From: Micavibrio sp. TMED2
Lineage (GTDB): Bacteria; Pseudomonadota; Alphaproteobacteria; TMED2
Direction: 5' to 3'
DNA length: 64,000 bases
NCBI GenBank assembly: GCA_002168225.1
Contig: NHBH01000009.1
Span: 785,115-849,114, forward strand
Of the stretch, positions 29,000-39,290 are shown piece after piece. A program made the translations under genes and the position numbers. Each line of letters begins with the position of its first letter. Positions within the stretch are counted from its first letter, which is position 1. The notes under the pieces are model-generated. The model had not been told where the DNA came from, did not search any database, and saw only the letters and a list, made by a program, of their open reading frames with translations.

Positions 29000-29911
29000 A
29001 TGACTGATAAGACTGCCTCCGCACCGGTATCCAGTATGACCGGATACGCCAATATCGCCGGTGGTGCCGAGGGCGTGCGCTGGACGTTCGAGGCGCGCAG
29101 CGTCAATGGCCGTGGCCTTGATATCAAGCTGCGCCTGCCATCCGGCTGGGACGTGCTCGATGGGATCATCAAGGAGCAGTGCCGCAAGCATTTGGTCCGG
29201 GGCAATGTTTCGATCTCGGTTCAGATCGAGAGCGATCAGGCCGATACCGCCATGTCGCTAAACGAATCACTGGTCCGGCAACTGACCGAAATTGCCGACA
29301 AGGCCGCTGCCATTACCGGCCAGACGGTCAGTCTCGACAATATTCTGACCATTCGCGGTGTGCTGGAAGAGGCAGAACCGACCCGCCAGCTCGAGACGAC
29401 AATCGAGGCGGTTCAAGCATCAATCACAACGGATATCGAGGCGCTGATCAGTGCCCTGCAGACCGCTCGCCGTGCCGAGGGTTCGGCTCTGCACGATATC
29501 CTGAAGGGGCACCGGCAAACCCTCGGTGACCTGATTGTACAGGCGGAGGGTCAGGCCCGGACCATACCGGACGAACTGCGCAGCAAACTGACCCAAAGTA
29601 TTGAAGAACTTACCAGAGAGACGGATGTCTCGATTGCCGAGGAACGCCTGGCGCAGGAAGTCGTTATGCTCGCGACCAAGGCCGATGTGCGTGAGGAGAT
29701 CGACCGGCTGAAGGCCCATATGGCGAGCCTAGACGAGTTGCTGGGTGAGGGGCGCGGTATCGGGCGGCGGCTCGATTTTCTGGCACAGGAATTCAACCGG
29801 GAAGCTAATACCCTGTGCTCGAAATCCAGCACGACCGGCATGACAAAAACCGGTCTTGCACTGAAAACTGTCATCGATCAGTTGCGCGAACAGGTTCAAA
29901 ATGTTGAATAA
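29000..29911 (+). CDS. yicC: YicC/YloC-family protein
   Basis: N-terminal MTGYA... YicC_N region and a C-terminal DUF1732-like domain. Conserved yicC-gmk pairing. Confidence 0.8.
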   Translation: MTDKTASAPVSSMTGYANIAGGAEGVRWTFEARSVNGRGLDIKLRLPSGWDVLDGIIKEQCRKHLVRGNVSISVQIESDQADTAMSLNESLVRQLTEIADKAAAITGQTVSLDNILTIRGVLEEAEPTRQLETTIEAVQASITTDIEALISALQTARRAEGSALHDILKGHRQTLGDLIVQAEGQARTIPDELRSKLTQSIEELTRETDVSIAEERLAQEVVMLATKADVREEIDRLKAHMASLDELLGEGRGIGRRLDFLAQEFNREANTLCSKSSTTGMTKTGLALKTVIDQLREQVQNVE

Positions 29912-29944
29912 CAGGCTATGACCCTCTGAGCTACCGCGTGCCCC

Positions 29945-30706
29945 ATGACCGAGACCACTGCCAATACCGCTGAAAACGGCCTGCCCGAGGCGCTTGTCGC
30001 CCTGACAAAGCGCTTCAACTCCATGCCCTTGGGCGATGGCTCTGAGGTGCCGAACCGTGAGGGCGCGATTGCCGCGCCCGGGGTCAAGCGTCGCGGCCTG
30101 ATGCTGGTGCTGTCCTCGCCATCGGGAGCGGGAAAAACCACCATCTCACGCCGCCTGCTGGCCGATAATCCGGGAATGGCGCTGTCGATCTCCGTCACCA
30201 CCCGCCCGATGCGTCCGGGTGAGGAGGATGGTCGCGACTATTACTTCGTCACCGAGGAAGAGTACCGGCTGCTGGTGGAGCATAACCAGTTGCTCGAACA
30301 TGCCATGGTCTTTGGCAACTATTACGGCACGCCAAAAGCGCCGGTTGAGGCGGCCCTGAGTGCCGGTCGGGATATCCTGTTTGATATTGACTGGCAGGGG
30401 ACGCAGCAGATGGCGGACAGTGCCCGCCCGGACCTCGTTACGGTCTTCATCCTGCCGCCCTCAGCGGATGAACTGGAGCGCCGCCTGAAGGCACGGGCAC
30501 AGGACAGTGCCGAGGTGATCGCCAAGCGCATGGGCAAGGCGGCTGGCGAGATGAGCCACCATTCGGAATATGATTACGTGATCATCAATCACAATCTGGA
30601 TCTGAGCGTTGAGCGGGTGCAGACCATTATCGAGGCCGAACGCCTCAAGCGCGTGCGTCAGAGCGGGTTGATCGACTTCGTCCGGCAGTTGCAGCAGGGC
30701 TGCTAG
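29945..30706 (+). CDS. gmk: Guanylate kinase
   Basis: P-loop SSPSGAGKTT, SVTTRPMRPGE, YYFV motifs. True start may be the internal Met at 30023. Confidence 0.9.
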   Translation: MTETTANTAENGLPEALVALTKRFNSMPLGDGSEVPNREGAIAAPGVKRRGLMLVLSSPSGAGKTTISRRLLADNPGMALSISVTTRPMRPGEEDGRDYYFVTEEEYRLLVEHNQLLEHAMVFGNYYGTPKAPVEAALSAGRDILFDIDWQGTQQMADSARPDLVTVFILPPSADELERRLKARAQDSAEVIAKRMGKAAGEMSHHSEYDYVIINHNLDLSVERVQTIIEAERLKRVRQSGLIDFVRQLQQGC

Positions 30707-30708
30707 CT

Positions 30709-31581
30709 CTAGCCCGCTGTTGTCCCGACACGCATCTGTGCGATGCGCAGGAAGTCCGGCGGTGCGATTTCTTCCGCACGGGCCGTGGGTTTGATGCCAA
30801 GCTCCTCCAGTGCTGCAACCGGATCATCGAACACGGTTTTCAGACTGCTGCGCAGCATCTTGCGCCGCTGACCGAAAGCGGCTGCTGTTACCTTTTCCAG
30901 TGCGGAAAATTCTTCGCGTGACAGACCCGGCTCGCGCGGCGTCAGGCGGACAACGGCACTGTCGATCTTGGGCGGCGGGGTAAAGGCACGGGCCGGGATG
31001 GTCATAACATAGCTGACATTGGCACAAAGCTGCGCCAGCACCGACAACCGGCCATAGGCCTTGCTGCCGGTCGCAGCGGCTATCCGGTCGGCAACCTCAC
31101 GCTGGAACATCAGGGTCAGTGAGTGAAATTCCGGCATCTGGCCAAGCCAGTTGATCAGCATCGGCGTGCCCACATTATAGGGCAGATTGGCGACGATCGC
31201 CCGTGGGGCCGGTACTGCCTCAACGAGGTTCACGGTCAGGGCGTCGGCGGAGATCACCCGGAAAAAGCCGTCGCAGGCATCGACCAGCGGTTGCTGGAAG
31301 GCGACAAACCGTTCGTCGCGTTCGATGGCGATAAAGCTGGCGAGGTCAGCCTCGACCAGTGCCCGGGTCAGGCCACCGGGGCCAGGGCCGATCTCGATGG
31401 CATTGATTGCCGGTGTCAGCCCGGCTTCACGCACGATCCGCCGGGTCAGGTTCAGGTCGAGCAGGAAATGCTGGCCGAAGGATTTGCGCGCCCACAGCCC
31501 CTCGCTCTGCAACTGATCGCTGAGCTTGGGCATGGCCTCCACATGGGCAATACGGCTGGCAAGATCAGTGGTCATTGTCAT
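30709..31581 (-). CDS. rsmA: 16S rRNA (adenine1518/1519-N6)-dimethyltransferase RsmA/KsgA
   Basis: KSFGQHFL, EIGPGPGGLT SAM motif, NLPYNV. Start trimmed to ATG 31581. Overlaps the pdxA 3' end as usual. Confidence 0.9.
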   Translation of the reverse strand: MTMTTDLASRIAHVEAMPKLSDQLQSEGLWARKSFGQHFLLDLNLTRRIVREAGLTPAINAIEIGPGPGGLTRALVEADLASFIAIERDERFVAFQQPLVDACDGFFRVISADALTVNLVEAVPAPRAIVANLPYNVGTPMLINWLGQMPEFHSLTLMFQREVADRIAAATGSKAYGRLSVLAQLCANVSYVMTIPARAFTPPPKIDSAVVRLTPREPGLSREEFSALEKVTAAAFGQRRKMLRSSLKTVFDDPVAALEELGIKPTARAEEIAPPDFLRIAQMRVGTTAG

Positions 31582-32599
31582 GCTCGCCCTTATCGGCCAT
31601 CTCTGCCGCCATATTGATCGCCGCAATCAGGCTGTCCGGTTGGGCAATACCCTTGCCGGCAATGTCGAAGGCGGTGCCGTGATCCGGTGATGTACGGATA
31701 AACGGTAGGCCAAGCGTGACATTCACCGTATTCGCCATATCCAGTGTCTTTACCGGGATCAGCGCCTGATCGTGATACATGCAGAGCGCCACATCATAGA
31801 AGCTGCGCTTGCTCTGTTCAAACAGGGTATCGGCGGGGAAGGGGCCGTTGGCATCAATGCCCTTGGCCTGCAGCGCGGCAATGGCGGGTTTGATGATCTC
31901 GTCATCCTCCTTGCCCATGAGGCCGCTTTCCCCGGCATGGGGGTTGAGGCCGGAAATTGCGAGGCGTGGGTGGGTGATGCCGAAATTCGCCGTGAGGTCG
32001 GCAGCGGCAATCTCCGCCGTTTCGATAATCAGATCGGTGTTGAGCACCAACGGCACCGTGGCGAGCGCGATATGCACGGTAACCGGTATGGTGCGGAGAG
32101 ACGGTCCCGCCAGCATCATGACCGGACGGCGCACAGTATGTCCCGCATCCTCGGCGAGCTGTCCCAGATACTCGGTATGGCCCGGATGCCTGAACCCGGC
32201 GCGGATCAGCACGTCTTTGGCGATCGGATTGGTAATGACAGCGGCAGCGTGGCCATCGAGCGTTGCGGCAACAGCGCGCTCGATACTGGCCAGAATGGCG
32301 GCGGCATTGTCGCTCGATGGTTTGCCTGGCTCTGCGGCAACTGGCATCGGCAGCGGCCAGACATGCAGTGTGTCGGATTTTGCTTCAGGAATGCTGTCCA
32401 ACGTATCGGTGGCATCAAGCACATTGATTGCCGTGTCGATCCCCAACTGCTGTTTGAGTTTGTTGAGGCGGTCAGGGTCATCAAGGGCAATGACCGGGCG
32501 ATCGCCGGTCTTCAGCCGCGCATCGGCGATGGCGCGCAACAGGATTTCCCCGCCGATCCCGGCCGGGTCGCCCATGGTGACAAGAAGCGGTTTCATCAT
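31565..32599 (-). CDS. pdxA: 4-hydroxythreonine-4-phosphate dehydrogenase
   Basis: MGDPAGIGGEI N-terminus. Conserved surA-pdxA-ksgA arrangement. Confidence 0.9.
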   Translation of the reverse strand: MMKPLLVTMGDPAGIGGEILLRAIADARLKTGDRPVIALDDPDRLNKLKQQLGIDTAINVLDATDTLDSIPEAKSDTLHVWPLPMPVAAEPGKPSSDNAAAILASIERAVAATLDGHAAAVITNPIAKDVLIRAGFRHPGHTEYLGQLAEDAGHTVRRPVMMLAGPSLRTIPVTVHIALATVPLVLNTDLIIETAEIAAADLTANFGITHPRLAISGLNPHAGESGLMGKEDDEIIKPAIAALQAKGIDANGPFPADTLFEQSKRSFYDVALCMYHDQALIPVKTLDMANTVNVTLGLPFIRTSPDHGTAFDIAGKGIAQPDSLIAAINMAAEMADKGEHDNDH

Positions 32600-32617
32600 G
32601 CCCTGTTGCCTGCTGCC

Positions 32618-33898
32618 TTACTCTTCTGCTGTGCGCCGGTCGATATAGGCGGCGGAGCGCAGATCACGCAGATAGCGCTTTTGCAGCAGGTCGAGACGCT
32701 CAAGGCTGAGGGTGTTCTCGATCTCGGTGTCGCTCGGCAGGGTCAGATCGCCTTCCTCACGGCCACAAACCATGACGAGGGCGGCAATCTCACCGAGGTT
32801 GAGTGGCGCGCTGATCTGGCCGACCGAGAGGTTGGATACGGCGGCCTGAAACGTCGGGTTGAGATTGCCGAGCGTAACCTCGCCCATATCGCTCGATAGG
32901 TTGGATGATGAGGCATCAATCGCTGCCTGCATGGCATCGCAGTCAGCAATGTTCTTGGCGGCAGTGGCTGCGGCTGCAATACGCTCGCTGGCGCTTTGTC
33001 CCTCAACCGGCTCAAAAATCAGCTGTTTCAGGCTGACCTTGGTATTCTCGGCGGCCTTAGGTTCGCGGACATTACGGATGGCGAGCAGGTGCCAGCCGTC
33101 CTGAGTGCGTACCGGTGGGCTGATCCGGTTGACGCCAATACGCGGCAGGATCGCGTCAAGCTCGGGCGCAAGCTGACCGGGCTGGACCCAGCCGAGGCTG
33201 CCGCCATTCTGCGCGCCGACACCACGGGAGAACTGGGCGGCCACGGCGACGAAGGGCGCGCCCTGACGGATCTGCTCCAGCAGACGCCGGGCGAGGGCTT
33301 CTACCTGTTGGGATTGCGACGGATCATCGACCGGCAGGAAGATTTCCTGTACCAGATAGGCGGTCTGGGTCTGTTGCTGGCGGATCTGGTCGCGACGAAT
33401 TGCGATGTCATCCTTGCTGATCGACACCTGCCGGTTCAGGCGCGCCTGAATTACCTTGCGCCATGCCACGTCAGCACGCATCTGGTCCCGCAGGCTCGAC
33501 ATGGGAATGCCGAGACCATTGATCATGCTTGCAAAGCCTTCCGGGGTCATGCTGTTGCGTTCGGCCATGAGGCGCAGTTCCTCATCCAGCTCTTCTTCCG
33601 TGACCTGAAGTTCGAGGCGCTTGGCTTCCTGCAGCTTCAGTTTTTCGTCGATCAGGGTCTGGACCACCTGTGGCTGCAGCCGCGCGCGGATTTCCTCGCT
33701 GTCCTGCAAGCCGGCAGCGCTGATGGCGATGGCCATGCGGTCACGCAGGTCGGAGAAAGAAATCACATCGTCATTGACCACGGCGGCAATGCCCGCTACC
33801 TGCGCATGAGCAGGCGGGGCTGCAAAGGCCAGTGATGCGCTGAAGGCGATGGCTAAAAATATCGCCTTTACAATGTGTTGTTTGGTGTTTCTGAACAT
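32618..33898 (-). CDS. surA: Periplasmic chaperone/peptidyl-prolyl isomerase SurA
   Basis: Signal peptide, SurA N-terminal domain, parvulin-like PPIase domain. Start set at the internal ATG 33898; the alternative is ATG 33937. Confidence 0.85.
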   Translation of the reverse strand: MFRNTKQHIVKAIFLAIAFSASLAFAAPPAHAQVAGIAAVVNDDVISFSDLRDRMAIAISAAGLQDSEEIRARLQPQVVQTLIDEKLKLQEAKRLELQVTEEELDEELRLMAERNSMTPEGFASMINGLGIPMSSLRDQMRADVAWRKVIQARLNRQVSISKDDIAIRRDQIRQQQTQTAYLVQEIFLPVDDPSQSQQVEALARRLLEQIRQGAPFVAVAAQFSRGVGAQNGGSLGWVQPGQLAPELDAILPRIGVNRISPPVRTQDGWHLLAIRNVREPKAAENTKVSLKQLIFEPVEGQSASERIAAAATAAKNIADCDAMQAAIDASSSNLSSDMGEVTLGNLNPTFQAAVSNLSVGQISAPLNLGEIAALVMVCGREEGDLTLPSDTEIENTLSLERLDLLQKRYLRDLRSAAYIDRRTAEE

Positions 33899-33929
33899 TG
33901 TTTTTGGTTTTTCTGTTGCGTGTTTTTTG

Positions 33930-35027
33930 CTATCCATCCTCAGATTGCAGCAGGGCGGCGAGGCCGGTCAGGATGCTGCAGATGGCCGGGATAGAGGCGG
34001 CGATTGTTGGTGGTATGGTTTCCGATGTGCCGAGAGCCTGTGCCAGATCGCGCAGGAAGAAAAAGCCGAAACCGGTCATAAGCCCTGCGGCGACCAGCAT
34101 CAAGGTGCCGCCACGCCGCGGCGGGCGCAGCGAGAAGGCGGCGGCAATCAGCACCATGCCCGCGAACAGCAGCGGTTCGGCGAGCAGGCCGTAATAATGC
34201 AGTCGCGTACGGATGGCGGAGAAGCCGGTTTCCTCCAGCGTCCTGATATAGTCAGGCAGCGCCCAGAAGGAAATCTGGTCCGGCTGGGCAAAACTTTCCT
34301 CGATCGTATTGGCGGTGAGATCGGTGTTGATGCGATAGCCCTCAACCTCGACCGGCGCACGCCCGGGTTCATTGATCCAGGCATGGCCGAACTGCCATTC
34401 GCCATTGACCAGACGGCCATAGGTGGCATCGAGCCTGCCCATGAACTGGTCGCCCTCGAAGAACAGGGCGACCGCGTCGCTGATCTCCATGGTTTCCGGC
34501 TTGATATTTTCGGCATGGATGATGGTTTCGCCCTGCGGATTGGCCTGACGCAGCCAGAGACCGGAGGCGGCGAGGTTGATCCCACTGGTCTGGCCCCGGA
34601 AATAGCGGTTTTCCTGTTCCACGAATTTGGTGATCAGGACCGAGGAAAACGGATTGATAACCGTGATCTTGACGATGCCGAAGCCGAGACCGATCACCAG
34701 TGCCGGCAACAGGAACTGCCAGGCCGAAACCCCGGCGGAGCGGGCGACGATCAGCTCCTGACTGCGGGTCAGCTTCCAGAACGCGTACATGGCGCCGAAC
34801 AGGATGGCGAGCGGGATGATCTGCTGGCCGACCTCGGGCAGTTTCAGCAGGCTCATCTGCAGAACGGCAAAGATGTCCAGTTCCGCCTTCTTCGAGGCCC
34901 GCCGGAACAGCTCAAGGGTATCGAACAGCAGCACAACGCCGAGCAGCATACCGAGCATCAACGCCACGTAACCGGCAAAGGTACGACCGATATAGCGGTA
35001 CAGGGTGAGCGGCAGTTTGTTCAGCAT
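33930..35027 (-). CDS. lptG: LPS export ABC permease LptG
   Basis: YjgP/YjgQ permease family. N-terminus LTLYRYIGRTF matches LptG. Confidence 0.85.
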   Translation of the reverse strand: MLNKLPLTLYRYIGRTFAGYVALMLGMLLGVVLLFDTLELFRRASKKAELDIFAVLQMSLLKLPEVGQQIIPLAILFGAMYAFWKLTRSQELIVARSAGVSAWQFLLPALVIGLGFGIVKITVINPFSSVLITKFVEQENRYFRGQTSGINLAASGLWLRQANPQGETIIHAENIKPETMEISDAVALFFEGDQFMGRLDATYGRLVNGEWQFGHAWINEPGRAPVEVEGYRINTDLTANTIEESFAQPDQISFWALPDYIRTLEETGFSAIRTRLHYYGLLAEPLLFAGMVLIAAAFSLRPPRRGGTLMLVAAGLMTGFGFFFLRDLAQALGTSETIPPTIAASIPAICSILTGLAALLQSEDG

Positions 35028-35030
35028 GGC

Positions 35031-36224
35031 CTAACCCTCCCGCTGTGGGGCATAGGCCGGGCGCGGGCCAAGCGATGTTGAGCCGGACGTATGGCCGGTA
35101 TCGCCATCATTGCCGCGTGCCGGTGGTGGCTTCCGGTGCAGCAACCGGGTCAGGGAGCCGGTCAGCACCAGCAGGGAGACAGCGGTTGCGGTCAGCGGTA
35201 CGGCATACATCAGCGTGACACCCCACCAGCCGCGATTGGCCGCATCGCTGAGGCCGAGGGTAGCCGCCTCCAGAATGATCAGCATCAGAAAGGCAAAGGA
35301 AACCCGCTTTGACTGCCCGCGTCGGTTGAATTCACCGGTCAGCAGGATCGCCAGCAGGCTGAGTGGTATTGCGAGGCCATAGAGCGGTTGCGACAGCTGG
35401 CTGTGTGCCTCGGCCCGATAGCGGCGCATGGTTTCCGCATCGGTCGGTTCTTTCGGGAACAGCAGCTGCCACAGGGTACGCTCGCCGATTTCCGGGATCG
35501 GTTCTTCGGCATTCTTGGTAAACAGGGCGAGGTCGATGGTGTAGCGGTCGAACGAGAGCTGCTGCAATCGGCCCGGCTGCTCGGTTTCTTCCTGCCTGAC
35601 ACCGTTGAACACGATGACCTGTGGCCCCTGTGGCCCTTCGCGCAGCTGGCCGCGCTCGGCCATGATCACCACCGGCTTTGCCGGATCGCGGGTGTCCTGA
35701 AACACGATGCCATGCAGAACGCCGCGCTCCTCACGTTCGCGGACATAGAGGGTCATGTTGCCGCCGAGGGAGTTGAAGACGCCCGGGCGGATCAGGACAT
35801 CGGAGAACTGTGCCGCCAGCTGTTCCTGCTGCAGGGTGAATTGCCATTTGGCGCTCGGCTGGGCATAGGTGTGCAGGGCCATGAGGGCCAGCATGATGCC
35901 GATCGACAGGAACAGGGCAGGTTGGGCCAGTGTCCACTGGCTGATGCCGACGGCACGCATGACAACAAGTTCAGAATCGTTGAGCAATTTGTTGTAAACA
36001 AACACAATTCCGACCCCGGCTGCGATCGGCAACAGTACAGTCAGGAAGTTGGGCAGGGTGAACAGAACCAGTGCCAGAAACTCGGCCAGTCCGGCCCCGC
36101 CATTGACCGCCAGTTCGAGAAACCGCAGGGACTGGGTCAACCACAGGGCAACCGCCAGCGTGATCAGAATCAGCCCGGTCGCTGTCATCAGCAGGGTCAG
36201 AATGTAACTGTACAGACGCGGCAC
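35031..36224 (-). CDS. lptF: LPS export ABC permease LptF
   Basis: YjgP/YjgQ family. GTG start. N-terminus PRLYSYILTLL matches LptF. Immediately upstream of lptG. Confidence 0.85.
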   Translation of the reverse strand: MPRLYSYILTLLMTATGLILITLAVALWLTQSLRFLELAVNGGAGLAEFLALVLFTLPNFLTVLLPIAAGVGIVFVYNKLLNDSELVVMRAVGISQWTLAQPALFLSIGIMLALMALHTYAQPSAKWQFTLQQEQLAAQFSDVLIRPGVFNSLGGNMTLYVREREERGVLHGIVFQDTRDPAKPVVIMAERGQLREGPQGPQVIVFNGVRQEETEQPGRLQQLSFDRYTIDLALFTKNAEEPIPEIGERTLWQLLFPKEPTDAETMRRYRAEAHSQLSQPLYGLAIPLSLLAILLTGEFNRRGQSKRVSFAFLMLIILEAATLGLSDAANRGWWGVTLMYAVPLTATAVSLLVLTGSLTRLLHRKPPPARGNDGDTGHTSGSTSLGPRPAYAPQREG

Positions 36225-36260
36225 TTCTAATTCGTCTCTGTAGCGGGTCCGGCATCAGAT

Positions 36261-36272
36261 CTGTGATCACAG
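36261..36272. promoter_or_regulatory. Perfect 12-bp palindrome CTGTGATCACAG in the lptF / pepA divergent region (candidate operator)
   Basis: Exact inverted repeat about 40 bp upstream of the lptF start. A third TCACA follows 7 bp downstream. No assignable regulator. Confidence 0.25.
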
Positions 36273-36562
36273 CTGCGGTCACAAATGGATTGCCGTGCAT
36301 TTTGTCTCGGGCCCGGCGTTTTTATGCGGTTGGCCCAAGCGAATGCTTGTTTCACCGCCAAACATGGCTACCCTATGGCGGTATTAGCAAATTAGAGCGT
36401 TACGGGCATCGTCTGATTGCGTGCAGCCGTTATTCTCTATCATCCTGCCGGGACCGGTTCTCAGGTCCCATATGGTGCATAAATCATTGTCAGGCTAGGG
36501 AAAGCTGGGATTTTTACAGCTCTCCAGTCTCGCCACCGGTTCTTGATTGAGGGGTTTTTGCC

Positions 36563-38116
36563 TTGTTGAAAGTTAGTTTCTCGGATCGTTCCCTGCCTAA
36601 ATCCGGCAGTCTGGTCATCCCTGTATTTGCCGATTCTGTCCTCGGAACGGCGGCAAAGGAACTGGATGAGGCTTCCGGCGGCTATATTTCCGCGGTCATG
36701 AAACGGCGTGACTTCACCGGTACCGCAGGTTCGGTGCAGGTGGTGACCAAGCCATCAGGGCTCGATTATGACGAGTTGGTGCTGGTCGGCCTCGGCAAGG
36801 CCAGCGCTGTTACCGATATGGCGGCAGAAGAGGCCGGTGGCCGATTGTTCGCCAGCCTTGGTGAGATCAAGGTAACCGACGCGACCCTGTTGCTTGAAGC
36901 ACCGGACGATATCGCCATCGAGTTGACCGAACTGGCCGCCCGCATCGGTTTCGGCTGTGCGCTGCGCGATTACAGCTTTGAGAAGTACAAGACCAAAAAA
37001 GCTGACAAGAAATCAGAGAAGTCAGACAAGGGGCTGAAAAAACTGAAAATTGTCGCTGATGGTGCGGCGAAGGCGCGGACGCTTTACACCGGCTATGAGG
37101 CCGTGGCCGATGCCGTGCATTATGCCCGTGATCTGGTCAGTGAACCACCGAATGAGCTCTATCCTGACGAGTACGCCAAGCGCGTTGCCAAGCTCGAGGA
37201 GCTGGGTCTCGAGGTCGAGGTGCTGGATCAGAAGCAGCTTGAGAAACAGGGCTTCAAGGCATTGCTCGCCGTTGGGCAGGGCAGTGACCGCAACAGCGCC
37301 CTTGTGGTGATGAAGTACAAGGGGCTGGAGAGCGGCAAGGCTTCAAAGTCGAAGGGCAAGTCCAAGAAAGAAAAAGAGTTTTCGACCGCGCCGGTGGCTT
37401 TTGTCGGCAAGGGCATCACCTTCGATACCGGTGGTATTTCACTGAAGCCGCCTGCCGGTATGGGCGACATGAAATGGGATATGGCCGGGTCTGCCGCGGT
37501 GGTCGGCGTCATGGCGGCACTTGCCGGGCGCAAGGCCAAGGTCAATGCGGTCGGTGTTATCGCGCTGGCGGAGAACATGCCATCGGGCAAGGCAACCCGT
37601 CCGGGCGACATCATCGGCTCGCTCTCCGGCCAGTCGATTGAGGTGCTGAATACCGATGCCGAGGGCCGTCTGGTTCTGGCCGATGCCCTCTGGTACACCG
37701 AAGATCGCTTCAAGCCGCAATTCATGGTCGATCTGGCAACCCTGACCGGCGCCATTCTGGTAGCGCTCGGCAAGGAATTTGCCGGTATGTTCACCGACAA
37801 TGACGAACTGGCCGGGCGGTTGAGCGCGGCCGGGTCAACGGTAGGCGAGAAGGTCTGGCGCATGCCGCTGGACGATGCCTATGACAAGATGCTGGATACC
37901 GCTGCTGCCGATATGAAGAATATCGGCGGGCGTGACGCGGGCAGTGCCACGGCGGCACATTTCCTCAAGCGCTTCGTCCGTGAGGTGCCATGGGCGCATC
38001 TGGATATTGCCGGTATGGCCTGGTCAGAAAAGACCACGCCGCGTACGCCCAAGGGTGGCACGGCATTTGGTGTCCGTCTGCTTGATCAGCTGGTCCGGGA
38101 CAATTACGAAAAGTAA
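36563..38116 (+). CDS. pepA: Leucyl aminopeptidase (cytosol aminopeptidase, M17)
   Basis: NTDAEGRL, VGKGITFDTGG, metal-ligand motifs. TTG start with GAGGGG RBS 8 nt upstream. Confidence 0.9.
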   Translation: MLKVSFSDRSLPKSGSLVIPVFADSVLGTAAKELDEASGGYISAVMKRRDFTGTAGSVQVVTKPSGLDYDELVLVGLGKASAVTDMAAEEAGGRLFASLGEIKVTDATLLLEAPDDIAIELTELAARIGFGCALRDYSFEKYKTKKADKKSEKSDKGLKKLKIVADGAAKARTLYTGYEAVADAVHYARDLVSEPPNELYPDEYAKRVAKLEELGLEVEVLDQKQLEKQGFKALLAVGQGSDRNSALVVMKYKGLESGKASKSKGKSKKEKEFSTAPVAFVGKGITFDTGGISLKPPAGMGDMKWDMAGSAAVVGVMAALAGRKAKVNAVGVIALAENMPSGKATRPGDIIGSLSGQSIEVLNTDAEGRLVLADALWYTEDRFKPQFMVDLATLTGAILVALGKEFAGMFTDNDELAGRLSAAGSTVGEKVWRMPLDDAYDKMLDTAAADMKNIGGRDAGSATAAHFLKRFVREVPWAHLDIAGMAWSEKTTPRTPKGGTAFGVRLLDQLVRDNYEK

Positions 38117-38139
38117 GCACATTCAAGGTCTTGTTCTGA

Positions 38140-38655
38140 ATGTCTGATGTAAAATCGCCGACCGAGATACGGTTCTATCACCTGCAGCGTATGCCGGTGG
38201 AGCGGGCGCTGGGCATGATCCTGCAACGCATCATGGATCGTGGTCAGCGCGCACTTGTCTATGGCGGTTTGCCGGAACATCTAGCTTCGCTCGACAAGGC
38301 GCTCTGGGCCGGTAATCCGAACGGCTTTCTGCCGCATGGTCTGGCCGGTGATGCGGCAGCGGAGGCGCATATTGCTGACCAGCCGATCTGGCTCACCGAC
38401 CAGCTGGGCACTGATGGCGTGCCGCCGAATGCCGCTGATATTCTGCTGCAGATCGACGGGGCAACCGCCGATGCGGCGGCCATCGGGCCCTATGCCATGT
38501 GCTGTGATCTGTTCGATGGCCAGAACGAGCAGGCGGTGGCCGATGCCCGCCAGCGCTGGGTCAGTTACCGGGATGCCGGTTTCGCGCTCAGCTACTGGCA
38601 GGAAACCCCGAATGGCGGCTGGGAACAGAAGGCGGCGCATAGCCCGGATGCATAA
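38140..38655 (+). CDS. holC: DNA polymerase III chi subunit
   Basis: IRFYHL...LDKALW...FLPHGLAG alignment to HolC. Conserved pepA-holC pairing. Confidence 0.8.
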   Translation: MSDVKSPTEIRFYHLQRMPVERALGMILQRIMDRGQRALVYGGLPEHLASLDKALWAGNPNGFLPHGLAGDAAAEAHIADQPIWLTDQLGTDGVPPNAADILLQIDGATADAAAIGPYAMCCDLFDGQNEQAVADARQRWVSYRDAGFALSYWQETPNGGWEQKAAHSPDA

Positions 38656-38780
38656 TCCATCTGAGGCTTGCGGCAGCGCCTTCCCATGGATATAACCGCC
38701 CCGTTAAACAAGTGGTCGGGCGATCAACACTGTTCGACCCGTGCTTCCCATCAATCCAACTAGCATGAGAGAGCGTCCCC

Positions 38781-39203
38781 ATGGCGGTCGAACGCACATT
38801 ATCAATTATCAAACCCGATGCCACCCGTCGTAACCTGACCGGCAAGATCAACACCCGTTTTGAAGATGCCGGCCTGCGCATCGTCGCTCAGAAGCGGACC
38901 CAGCTGACCAAGGCTGAAGCCGAAGGCTTCTACGCCGAGCACAGCGAGCGTCCTTTCTTCGGTGATCTGGTGACCTTCATGATTTCCGGTCCGGTTGTTC
39001 TGCAGGTTCTGGAAGGCGAAGGCGCCATTGCCAAAAATCGCGAGATCATGGGTGCAACCAACCCTGAGAACGCCGATCCGGGCACCATCCGCAAGGATTT
39101 CGCCGAGAGCATTGAGGCAAACTCGGTTCACGGCTCTGATTCACCAGAAAGCGCAGCCCGCGAAGTAAGCTACTTCTTCGCCCAGACCGAGATTGTCGGC
39201 TGA
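38781..39203 (+). CDS. ndk: Nucleoside diphosphate kinase
   Basis: [10 protein letters not shown], active-site NSVHGSDS. Confidence 0.95.
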   Translation: MAVERTLSIIKPDATRRNLTGKINTRFEDAGLRIVAQKRTQLTKAEAEGFYAEHSERPFFGDLVTFMISGPVVLQVLEGEGAIAKNREIMGATNPENADPGTIRKDFAESIEANSVHGSDSPESAAREVSYFFAQTEIVG

Positions 39204-39230
39204 TCGTTGCTTCCAGTGATGTGAAACAAG

Positions 39231-39266
39231 AAAAGGCGACCGGATATCCGGTCGCCTTTTTGTTTT
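39231..39266. terminator. Bidirectional rho-independent terminator between ndk and the convergent micro-protein gene
   Basis: AAAAGGCGACCGG-atat-CCGGTCGCC followed by TTTTTGTTTT. A-tract upstream, T-tract downstream. Confidence 0.6.
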
Positions 39267-39290
39267 GCAACAATGTCTTATGGGATTGTT

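Noticed and set aside
33849-35081. 410-aa plus-strand ORF, plus similar long antisense ORFs (18887-19771, 20825-21481, 21327-22232, 31772-32899, 48483-49313, 54465-55547, 56287-57237, 57319-58395, 61273-62283)
   Set aside because: All lie antisense to genes with strong family signatures (lptG, alr, dnaB, rplI, pdxA, ppk, frmA, aspS, pleD). They are rich in Arg/Gly/Ala, typical of shadow ORFs in 60% GC DNA.
36225-36562. tRNA or small RNA gene in the longest intergenic region, including the 95-aa ORF 36263-36550
   Set aside because: There is no cloverleaf-compatible sequence and no T-loop GTTCRANYC motif. The ORF is Cys/Arg-rich with no RBS and is probably non-coding promoter DNA.
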